Part shown: positions 20,933 to 31,620 of the stretch, piece by piece | Position numbering within the stretch: position 1 is the first letter of the stretch | How the letters are laid out: each line of letters begins with the position of its first letter | Origin: Saprolegnia diclina VS20 | Taxonomy: Eukaryota | Length of the DNA: 39,243 nucleotides | Direction of reading: 5' to 3' | Assembly: GCF_000281045.1 (NCBI RefSeq) | Contig: NW_008246077.1 | Span: 1,021,303-1,060,545 of the forward strand | The notes under the pieces: generated by a model | Seen by the model: the letters and a program-made list of their open reading frames with translations, nothing else | What the model was told of the DNA's origin: nothing | Database searches by the model: none | Program-made: the position numbers and the translations under genes

Positions 20933-21059
20933 GGTATATCGGGTTTTGACGCCAACTTCAACGTCGTATGCATACAAACCGCAAGAGAGTATGGCCACCA
21001 CGAGAATGCTCTTGGCGACGACCGCACAAGATACGTTGAAGTGGCCTTTTTCGCCCATC

Positions 21060-21090
21060 GAGTGTTTGCGCAACGGGAGTGTTTGCGCAA
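21060..21090. repeat. Direct repeat of GAGTGTTTGCGCAA (2 copies, 3-nt spacer) in a divergent promoter
   Basis: Exact copies at 21060-21073 and 21077-21090, each ending in the palindrome TTGCGCAA. Confidence 0.85.
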
Positions 21091-21230
21091 GGCATCTCTT
21101 CTCCTTTTTGATTGGATAAAAAGGACGAGAAAGGAGCCAATGATATCCTGTCGAACAAGTATTTTACTATCTAGTCGGTGGCATCGACTAACTGGGACGG
21201 TGAGTTGCAAGATCTTGAAGGGTTGCGACG

Positions 21231-21496
21231 ATGCCCGCGACGCCCATGAAGCTCCGGCTGCGGAGCCAAGCCCATGCGGACAACATCACGAAGCGAGGCC
21301 ACGTGGCGTCCAGCGCTCGGGTTAGCACCGTCGATAGGTCATTGCGAGAGCCCCAGCTGATGCCATGCACGAGTAGGGACCACGCGACGCTGGGTACCGG
21401 GTTGGCCCGATGCTGCTCGGCTTCTTCGTCTTTGTCATTGTCGGATCGTCTTTGCTCCAGATTCTGCGCGCCGTCCAAGGCACGGGGCCTCTCTGA
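21231..21496 (+). CDS. SERP1: RAMP4/SERP1 stress-associated ER protein (2 exons)
   Basis: Exon 1 MPATPMKLRLRSQAHADNITKRGHVASSAR, intron 21321-21376, exon 2 GPRDAGYRVGPMLLGFFVFVIVGSSLLQILRAVQGTGPL-TGA. Matches the RAMP4 pattern NITxRG...VGPxLLGFFVFVVxGS. Confidence 0.92.
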
Positions 21497-21587
21497 TGGC
21501 ATAGCGTTCCATCGTCGCGAAGGTCGTAGGAAGAAGACGAAGATCGCTTCATTCATTCGGGTCGGGAACGTCTAAATATGCGTCGGT

Positions 21588-22237
21588 TTACAACTCGTCG
21601 CGCTCGGTCTCTTGCAAGCGCTTGATAAAGTCCGACTTCTCGACGCACCCGTTGCAGTTTTCACCACGCTCCTGGAGGATCTTCTTGAGCTCCTTGACGC
21701 GCATCTTGGAGTAATCGGTGCCCTTGGCCGCCTTGATGGCTACACAAGCAAGGGTCAGCGCACCCTTTGGTTAGTGGGACGGCGTACGGAAGCGAATCGA
21801 GCAGAATTCGGGGTTCTTCTTGCTCAAGCCTTGGCAAATCTTGAGCGTCTCTTTGCCGAAGGTCACCTGCCGCGCCGCATCCTTCTTCATGGGCTCCAAA
21901 AAGTAAAACTACCGCCAGCATCATGAGGACCAGGGCGATATGAGAATCGTCCGCGTACGAGCTTCTTCTCCTTAGGGTCGGCCTTCTTCTTCGAGACAAG
22001 CTTCTCGAGCGCCTGCTCGGCGACTGCAAGCTTGTTCTTGCCACCCTTCTCCGCGAGCATCGTCGAGTAGGTCGACTTGAGGTCTTCGATGACCTTGATG
22101 CAGACTAGAGCGTCGTTGCATGAGATATGGTCATGTTCCTAGAGGTCATATCTACCTTCGCACTCCTTGTCATCGGCCGCGGACGTGACGGCCGAGAGGC
22201 CCAGAAGAGCAAGGACGACGACGTGGAAGAGCTTCAT
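21588..22237 (-). CDS. MANF: MANF/ARMET-family ER-lumenal protein (4 exons)
   Basis: Signal peptide [46 protein letters not shown]-like [35 protein letters not shown]-terminal RDEL. Confidence 0.93.
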
Positions 22238-22799
22238 GATGCGAGGATCCCAAGGCAAAATGAGTGAACACGTGGATCGCCATCCTGCGGGCTCAAACGG
22301 ACGTCCGGATAAAGCTGTCGACCGCGGAGCGATGGGATTGGCGGATGCTGTGTATTTAAATACTGCACACAACTCAAACGACAAGCTTGAATAAAGAATA
22401 CGATATTTATTTAAATGACCTTCAACAAACACGGTATTAAAATATAATGTTTTAATTCCGATACAAATCATAAGTTATGCACTCGTTTTATATCCGATCT
22501 AGAAATTTCGACCTTCAGGTTACGGCGACAGGAAATAGTGTGCATACCTCGACAGAATCGCCGCAGTACCTTGTGCGTGTAGGAAGGCGGCCGTCTATAT
22601 TGTGCCCACATTACGATGCTCTCTACTGGCCCATGCGCAGAGGTGTCGTGGGGCCAGGCCAAGCGGGCTACGACGCAAATCGCTTGCACACCAAAATGTG
22701 TCTGTGTAGCGTCAATATACACTATATAAAGACTGCGGTTTCGAAATGGTGTATGGTTAAAGTCCCGGCCGTGATGCAGCGGAAACGCCAACGATCGCG

Positions 22800-24244
22800 A
22801 TGACGACCAAGTACGTGAGCCACGAGGTCCGCGACAAGTTCTTCCAGGCGCAGCGCGCCGTCGCCGCCAACAAGATCTGCTTCGACTGCGATCGACGCAG
22901 CCCCATGTGGGCGACGGTCTCCTTTGGCATCTTCATGTGCTTGGACTGCTCGGGTTACCACCGCCGCCTTGGTGTCCACGTGTCCTTTGTGCGCTCCACC
23001 GACATGGACGAATGGACCGAAGACCAACTGCTCACGATGCAGCTCGGTGGCAACAACGAGGCCCGCAAGTTCTTCAAGCAGCATGGCGTCACCGACATGA
23101 TGAACGTACGGCCACGACGTCACGCGAGTTGCATGCTCTTATCGCGTCGTGGTAGATTGATGAAAAGTACAAGACCAAGGCCGCGACACTCTACAAGGCG
23201 CAACTCGCCAAGAAGATCCAGGCTGCCTCCTTTGACGCATCGCCGTACACGACCGTCGACACGTCGAGCGCGGCCTCGGCCCCCGGCGACCTCGACGACC
23301 TTGTCAAGCTCGTCGGTGCCGGCGAGGCAGTTGCGGCGCCCGCGTACACGTTGCCGCCCGCCCCTGTACGCGCTGCCGCCACGCAGCCTAAGCCCACCGA
23401 AGCGCCCGCGACCGGCATGCTCGATATCAACCGCCCGGTTGTCCTGCTCGGTGGCAACGCGAGCTCGGCCGCCCCCGCGGGCACCCTCACCTCCAAGCTC
23501 TCGAGCCGCGTACGTCTCCTACCATGTCGTGTTGCCTCCTCTTATCCACTCGTTTAGCGCACGTCGGGGTCGACGGCCACGAAGCGCACGGCAACGCGCC
23601 TTGGCGCCACCAAGGTCAAGAGCTCGTTCGACGATTTCGATTCGATTCCGTTCGAGGTACTACACCTACTCGACGTGTCGACCGAGATGTAACTCTGGTG
23701 TGCAGAACCCCAAGCCGTCCGTGGCCGAGGTCGCAGCGTCCAAGCAGATCGATGACGACGAGGCGCTGGCGCGTGCGATCCAAAAGGCCGACGAGTACGA
23801 TTCACTTGCGGATGGTCGAATGGACGCGATTGGTGCGTAGAGAGACCTTGGCGCAGAGCTTGAAGACGACGCGCATTGCGTCATCCAGTGCGACCGAGGC
23901 CAACAAGACGTCGCTCGACAAGTACAAAAACTCCAAGTCGATCTCGTCGGCCAACTACTTTGCCGGCGAAGAAGGTGATGCGGACCGTGAAAAGATCCGC
24001 CAGTTCTCGGGCGCCCAAGCCATCTCGAGCGACATGTACTACGGCAATGGCGACCGCCCGCGCTCGGCGTCCATGGAAGGTACAAGCTTCCTCGCGACCG
24101 ACTTCTTGACGCATGCGGCGCGTAGCTGCCGACGAGGCCGCGTACCAACTCGACCAGCTCAAGTCGCAGGTGTCGGACAAGGCCGCCAAGCTCAAGACCA
24201 TGACGTCCAGCTTCTTCTCCGACTTGCAAAACCGGTACGGTTAG
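22800..24244 (+). CDS. ADP-ribosylation factor GAP, ArfGAP2/3 (Glo3) type
   Basis: CFDC-x16-CLDCSGYHRRLGVHVSFVRS zinc finger. Paired Glo3 motifs SISSANYF and AISSDMYYG. Several short introns; ends FFSDLQNRYG-TAG. Confidence 0.93.
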
Positions 24245-24298
24245 GTCCACCCAAGACTCGCCACAAAAGTGCAACATATTCAAAACACAACAGAAGAC

Positions 24299-27200
24299 TT
24301 AGCAAATGCCTTCGGCCAAGCTCTCGTCCGAGAGCAGTCGCGAGCGCGGCGCGAGGACAGGCGACACGGCCTTTGGTCGCATGGCCGGCGAGGCGGGCTT
24401 GAGCATCGGCGCCGACGTCGGCACCACGACGGGTGGCAACGGTGTCTGGACGATCTTGGTCGCCTTGTGCTGGACCACCGTTAAATACGAGTCGTGCCAC
24501 ACCGGGCCGAGCATGTTGGCAAGCTCGAGGAGAATCTCTTGACTCGCCCACTCGTGGTGCACCGCAAAGGACGGGAGCTTGACGACGGCGTGGATGTTCT
24601 TCATGAGGAACGGGATGCACGCGCGGCGGAGGCTCTCGGCGTGGCAGTCGTTGCTGAGCGAGAGGAGGTCGACGACGTTGCCGACGTCGATGCGGTCGGC
24701 CAAGAACGACTCGATGCGCTTCTGAAGCACGGTCACTTGGTAAAACGACGCCGCGCGCAAGAGGTCTTGCGCCGTGCCCTCGTCGATCGTGAGCTTGCCC
24801 GTGTAGATGAAGCGGAGCAGCATCGAAAACACATTGTACGAGCAATTGTCGATCTCGATCACACGCTTGGTCGTCGTCGTCGTCGAGCCAAACTGGACAC
24901 ATCAAGTTGATACCTTGATACATTTCAGCGAGCCTACCATGTTTTTGAAGTAGGCGTTGCGTACAAAGAGCACAATCTTGTGGGCGTTGATGGGCGCAAT
25001 GTGGCCTTTCACGAGAAACTGAATGTCCGAAAGCGCGGCGAGCGTGAGCAGCTCTTCGTGGTTGTCGACGTGGAAGGGCGGGATCTCGATCGAGGTGTCG
25101 GGATGGTACGAGTCCGGAATCAGCCGCGTGATCGCGTGGGCCGCCGCGCAGCGCGGGTACGTCTCGGCGCTCTGGAGCATGAAGAAAAATACGTCCATGA
25201 GCCCTTCCTTGAGGAGCTCGACGACGTCGGCGGGCTCCATCATATGCACAAACGTCAAGAGAATATTGGCCTTGAGCGGACCTACGAACAGCCATACATA
25301 CAAAGAAGCGGCATGGGCAGTGTACCGCTGGCAGCGTCGGTCGAGACGCGCGAGACCGAGTGCAGCATCTTGCGAAACTCGGCGCGGTTGATTTGCCGCC
25401 AAATGTTGCGCAGCGCTTGAAGGCACTGTCGCCACGTGTCGGTGGTCTGGTCGACCTCGAGCATGTGGAGCACGGCACCTTCGAGCACCATCTGCAGCGC
25501 GCTCGCCACGTCCAGTGAGAGCGCGAGGAACGTGCCGGCCGCCGGGAACGACACGTCTTCGTCCGCGCAATGCAGGGCTTCGATCAAGATCGGGATGCCG
25601 TGGCAGCGCGTAATGAGCTCGTGGTTGTCGGGATTCTCCATGAGCGACTCGAGCGCGACGACGGCCGCACGGGCACGCGGGTTGGCGGCCACGAGCTCGA
25701 TGAGCGCCGGAATTGACGTCTGGACGCACTGGTCACAGAGCCGCGCGCGCTCGCTGAGCCCTTCGACCACCGCGCGCGAGAGCGAGCAGTCGCTGCAAAT
25801 GATCGTCCCGCACTCCTACGAGACGACCACTCAGATCTGAGGCGTGAAGAGCGACCGGTGTACCCGGCAGTGGTGCTTGCGCCGAATGAACGAAAATGGC
25901 ACGTCGCAAATCGCGCACGAGAGCGCTTCGCAGTCCTCGGCCCACGGCTTGATCCACTTCCACTTTAGAAGGTCGCCCGCTGTCTCGACGATCGTGCTCT
26001 TCGCCTCGCGGAAGCCAAGGCCAAGCACGTCCACGATGCGGTCGCTCAGGTACGGCGACGGCTGCGCGTTCGAGACATGGTCGGCGTACAGCGACGCGCC
26101 GACTTGGCCCAGTTGCGGCGCGTAGGCGGGGAGGCGCGCGACCCAGTTGGGCAGACCCACCTGCAGTGGGAGGTCACGCCCGCTGTAGCCGTTGGCGCGC
26201 AGCGTCTCGACAATGTCGCGAAGCCACACCGTCTTGTTGACGCAAATGTACCGACCCCGCGCGTCCGGGTGTTCCATGGCGAGGATGTGGGCGACCGCGC
26301 AGTCGCGCACGTCCGTGACAGCCCAGTCTACCACCGCGTTGGCCCTTCTAGCAGCAGAGTGACGGACGACGTACTGAGGTCGACAAGGGCCGCGTAGGCA
26401 CCGGTGATGAGGTCGTAAACGACTTGGTTGCCGGGCGGGATCGACGCGCCGCAGACCGAGGGGCCCATGAGCGTGCCTGGCTATAGTGGACGGGTAGCAA
26501 TGCGACCATGCAATGTTGCAATATATGGGGACGTACGCAAATCGTCACGAGCTCCAGGGTTTCTTGCTCGACAAGCTGCCACGCCTTCTCTTCGGCGAGC
26601 TTGAACCCAAAGAAATGCGGGTTCTTCTCGAGCGACGACTCGGTGTTCCAGCACATGTCGTTGACGATCGTTGTGGGGCTCACGCTGTCGCAGAGCGCGG
26701 CAACCGACGACGTCAGGATCATCTACGTGACGTGCTTAGAAGAGAGATGGCGGTGGCAATGTACCTTCTTGACCCGAGCGCGTACGCACGCCTTCATAAA
26801 GTTGGTCATGACGGGCACGATGCAGTGGATGCGGCTTGAGACCGTGTGCATCCCAGGCTCCTATTCAAGGACGTGAGAAACTTGGTGCAACCAGGATGCG
26901 AGAAGGACCTTGGCTTCCGAGACAGGATCGCGCACCGTGCAGGATGCGGGCGTGCCCGTGTGGATGACGTACTCGCACCCTTCGACAGCCACGTCGCAGA
27001 GCTCGGGCGTCAAGAGCGACGTCTCGACGATTGTCAGGTTCTTCGCCGCCTTGGGGAGCTCTTTCAGGCGCTCGACGTCGTCGGTGCGCACGGGCACGGT
27101 GGCCCGCACCTTGTAGCCGCGCTGGAGCAGCTCGGCAACGATCCACGCGGCGACGAACCCGTCGGCGCCAGTGACGCACACGGGCAGCTTGGATTGGCTC

Positions 27201-27463
27201 GCATTCAGAAAGGCTGGGCGGTTCTTCTTCGAGTCGGTCGTCTTGAAGCGAAGGCTCGCCCACACCGACGGGTAGATGCAGCGCGTATCCTCGAGGCGCT
27301 TCTTGGGCGTGCGCGTCTTGCGCACTTTGCCCGTGGCCTCAAAGGCGCTGGTCGGGCCGGAGGGCTTGCCTCGGCGCTTGACGCTCATGATCTCGGCGCC
27401 AGCGCCCTTGGCCCGCGCGGTCTTGTCGTACACGAGCCCGTCGCCTTGGGGCCCAAAGAGCAT
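24299..27463 (-). CDS. Multidomain protein A: DFR/CCR-like extended SDR + FYVE + ARM-like + BTB/BACK
   Basis: VCVTGADGFVAAWIVAELLQRGYKVRATV; LTSSVAA; DVRDCAVAHI..GRYIC; FYVE WAED..CAIC..RRKHHCRECG..CSDC..RLCDQC; BTB SDIQFLVKG..AHKIVL..AYFKNM..LLRFIYTG. Short GT-AG introns keep the frame; ends EGIC-TAA. Confidence 0.9.
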
Positions 27464-28226
27464 GCTGCGTGATAAGCCAAGTGGGTTGATGGGGTGCTCG
27501 CTACTAGTAGTTGCAAGCTGCAAGCGGCGTGATACAATACTTTTCATGACCCATCACCTCATGTTTGTATGCGCATTAAAATATTTTATAAAATACTTCC
27601 GCCGATGCACCACTTCACAAGCATACAAAACGCAAGCTAATTCAATACCAACCCGCTTGCAAGAGAAGATACGACTTCAACTCAGGCCGTTGGATGGACG
27701 CACGCAACTTTTTGGCCTGAAGCGGGCAAGAGCGAGGACCGTCCACGTGCTATCAGCAGGCGATCTCGGACCGTCTACGACGCTAGTATGCGATCTGCTG
27801 CGTGCATAGACACGCTGGAGACGTCGCATGGGTTGTCGAGGACAGTGGACCGCGGCTGCGTTTCAAGTTGGGTGTTTTTAACTTTTGCGGTGCTGGCCAG
27901 GTTATCCGGATGATCATTTTTCACCGGATTCACGCCCACGGGAAATCACTCAAACTACACGGTACACGTGGTGGTGACGGCCGCAAGCTTCGCACGGTCG
28001 CCGGGCGCCTTCGAAAATTCGACCTGCTGGCTTCTCGCGCTGCGACCCCTTGTTCCACACCGTGCGTGTATTTCCCGCGGTGGAAAATATGAGATGCCAC
28101 TTGGGATTTGTATGCCGTGCCATCGCATTCCCCACGTGTGTGTGGGCCAGGCGCTTTATCCGGATCGACGAAGCCGCCGTTGGCGTCGGAATTACGCAGT
28201 AGTACCCGCAGAGGCAGGGAAGCAGC

Positions 28227-31200
28227 ATGCTCTTCGGCCCGCAGGTCCCCGTGGCGCCGACACGGCCGGGCCCGTCGAGCAGCGACAGCTTGAGCAGCGC
28301 GGTGACGACGACGTCGACCGTGACCCTGGACGACGGTGCACCCGTCGAGCGCAAGAAGAAGAAAAAGCGCAAGGACAAGGACGCATCGCGCAAGAGCCTC
28401 GACGAGAAGGACCGCCCGCCACGCACCAAGCGCGACCGCATCAAGAAGCCATCGCAGTCGCTGCCTGTGGCCGAGTCGCCGTCATCCGCCCAAGACATCT
28501 CGGCCATGTACCCGAGCGTGTGGAAGATCTTGCGGTACCGGCGCAAGACGACGGCGGGCTCGATGCACAAGCCCGTCTGCGTCACGGGCGTCGATGGCTT
28601 CTTGGCGGCGTGGATCGTCGCCGAGCTGCTCTTACGCGGCTACAAGGTCCGTGGCACGGTTCAGAACAAGAGCGACGACATCTCGAAGCTATTCGACTTG
28701 CCGCATGCGAAGAAGAACTTGACAATTGTCGAGACGTCGCTGCTCACAGCGCAGTCGTGCGACTTGGCCGTTGACGGCTGCGACTTTGTCATCCACACGG
28801 GCACGCCCACGTCGTGCTCGGTGCGCGACCCTTTCTCGGAGCAAAACGTACGGCGTCCATGTCGCGTGTCCCTCTCATCGCTGTAGTAGGAGCCCGGTGT
28901 GTACAGCATTAGCAGCCGCGTCCACTGCATTGTGCCCATGATGAACAACTTTATCACCGCGTGCATTCGTGCCAAAGTCAAGCGCGTACGCGTCCTCTAC
29001 TCGTATCTCTTCTCGATGCCCATCGACTTCTAGGTGGTCCTTACGTCGTCGGTCGCGGCCATGGCCGACCATGTCGACATGAACACGAAGATTGACGACC
29101 TCTCGTGGAACGTGACGTCGTCGCTCGAGCGCAACCCGCACTTTTTGAGCCTCAAGCTCGCGGAAGAAGCTGCGTGGCAGCTCGTCAAGAACGAATCCAT
29201 GGAGCTCGTGACCGTCAACGTACGTCCATTCGGTCGACTCTGCGCTCACGGAGAGGGTTGTAGCCGGGGACGCTCATGGGGCCGTCGCTCTGCAACGACA
29301 AGATCTCGCCAGGCACGCAAATTGTGTACGATTTGATCACGGGCCAGTACTCGGCGCTCGTCGACTTTAGTAAGCGACGTGACCTGAAGGCTATCAAAAC
29401 GAATATGTGTCGACTAACTAGACTATGCGCTCACGGACGTGCGGGACTGCGCGGCCGCCCACGTCCTCTTGCTCGAGTACACGGAAGCCAGCCACCGCTA
29501 TATTTGCGTCAACCGGACGGTTTGGATGAAGGAGATTGTCCAGACACTGGCCCAGAACGGCTACAGCGGCCGCAACCTCCCCTACCAAGTCGGTTCCTCG
29601 TGCATGACTCTGCCCGCTCAACTGCAATCTAGGTCGGCCTTCCTGGCTGGGTCGCCATGCTGCCAGCGTACGCCATTCAGCTTGGCCAAGTCGGCGTCTC
29701 GCTGTACCCGGACGACCCGAGCCGCGCGACCGCGTCGCCGTACTCGAACGCCCGGCTCCTCGACGTCTTCCGCTTCAACGACATTCAGCAGTTTCGCCAA
29801 GTGGGCACCACGATTTTGGACGCAGCCGCCGATCTGCTCAAGTGGAAGCTCATCAAGCCCTGGGCCGAAGACAAGGTCGCGGACGCGTGCACGTGTTGCA
29901 AGGCGCTGTTCACGGTCGTACGACGGCGCCACCACTGTCGCGTACGTCGGCTCTCCAATGGTCGTATTCTGGGCTCATCGTCGACTGTGCTGTGCAGGAG
30001 TGCGGCGACCTCGTGTGTGCCAACTGCTCCATGTCGCGCGCGATCGTCGAGGGCTTTGAAGACGCCAAGCAGCGCTTTTGCGACGCGTGCGTGCTCAAGT
30101 CGATTCCATTTTCGCTCGAGAAACTGAGCGCGCCGACGGGGGACGTGACGCAGATGCGCAAGGCCGCGATCGTCCTCGAGTCGCTCCTCGACAACCAAAA
30201 CAACCACGACTTGTTTGCGCGCGGCGGCGGCATCCCCGTGATTCTCCAGGCGCTGCATGGCGCCGACGACGTGGTGACGGTCCACGCGGCGCACACGCTC
30301 CACCGGCTCTCGCAGCGGCTCTCGAGCGCGCTCCACCTCGTGCTGGAAGGCGCCGTCTTGCACATGCTCGAGATGGAAGAAGGCTCAGCGACGTGGCGCG
30401 CGTGCCTCCTCGCCATGCGCAACATTTGGCGCTACATAAGCCGCGAGGACTTTCGTACGATGCTCTATGCGTCGCTCCGGCTCACAAATTCGACGGCGAT
30501 CGGTACGAACATGGGGATGTTGTGGGACCGAAGCGACGACGCGTGTAGGCAAATTCAAGGGCAACGTCATGCTGACGCTGGTGCACATGCTGGACCCGTC
30601 CGAGTGGCCGCGGCTGCTGCCCGAAGGCCTCCTCTCGGTGCTCTTGTTGCTCCTGAAGGCGCCGGACGCCTACTCGCACCGCACGGTCGCGTACGCCATC
30701 AAGCACATGCTGCCGTCGACCTACTCTCCCGACGTTGCGATCACGTACCCCGTGCTCCGCGAGTCGTACGACCGCGAAGTCGAGCTTGTCGATGTGCAGT
30801 TTGTCGTGGAAGGCCGACTCATTGGCGCCAACCGCGTCGTCCTCAGCGTCCAGAACGCCTACTTCAAGTCGCTGGTACTTGTTTTTTCTCGAGGGATGGC
30901 GCTCAAGGAACACGTAGCTGAGTGGCCCGGGCGACGTGATTGAGATTGAAGACTGCTCGTATGCGACATTTCTGGCGCTCATCAACTTTTTGGTGGGTTT
31001 CACTCGACGTGTGGCGTCTCACCTGTGTACGGCTTAGTACACGGAGGACGTGGCGATCGACCTCTCCAATGCGTGCGACCTCCTGCTCGCCGCGTCGTCG
31101 TACCGCGTGCCCGAGCTCCAGAAGCGCTGTGAAAAGTTTCTTGCCGACGAGATTTCGATTCCGAACGCCATGACGGTGTGGGCGCTCGCCGACCAGTGCC

Positions 31201-31541
31201 AAGCCGACGACCTCAAGCGCGCGGCGCTGCCGTATCTGCTCAAACACATTTGCGGTATTGTCAAGACGGACGGGTTTGCCGACAACCATGGCTGGGTCGC
31301 GGACGAGCTCGTGGAGGCGCTCTGCAGTGCGATGGGGCCGCGCTACGTGCGCGAGTGGCGTGCGATCCACGAGGTCAGTGCCGCGCCGCACGAAGCGGAC
31401 GACGCGTACGACGCCGAGCGCGACGAGCCCGAGGTCGACTTGTCGCCAACGTCGGCCAAGCTGGTGGACGCGCCGCGCGCGAGCGATGTCTTTTCCGAGT
31501 CGTCGTCGATGGGCGACGACCTCATGGAAGGCATTTGCTAA
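28227..31541 (+). CDS. Multidomain protein B, paralogue of A: DFR/CCR-like extended SDR + FYVE + ARM-like + BTB/BACK
   Basis: VCVTGVDGFLAAWIVAELLLRGYKVRGTV; LTSSVAA; FYVE WAED..CTCC..RRRHHCRECG..CANC..RFCDAC; BTB VDVQFVVEG..ANRVVL..AYFKSL. Shares intron positions with A; ends EGIC-TAA. Confidence 0.9.
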
Positions 31542-31620
31542 AGTCGCCTCCTATTTAAACCCACGCCCTACTGCAAAATATACAACAACAAAGCTACAAG
31601 GTATTACATTTATTGCTTGA

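Noticed and set aside
21188..21556. Minus-strand 122-aa ORF
   Set aside because: Antisense shadow of the spliced SERP1 gene.
22269..22341. CACGTG and CCAAT upstream of MANF as an ERSE-like element
   Set aside because: Spacing is about 60 nt, fitting neither CCAAT-N9-CCACG nor ATTGG-N-CCACG; short motifs are common by chance.
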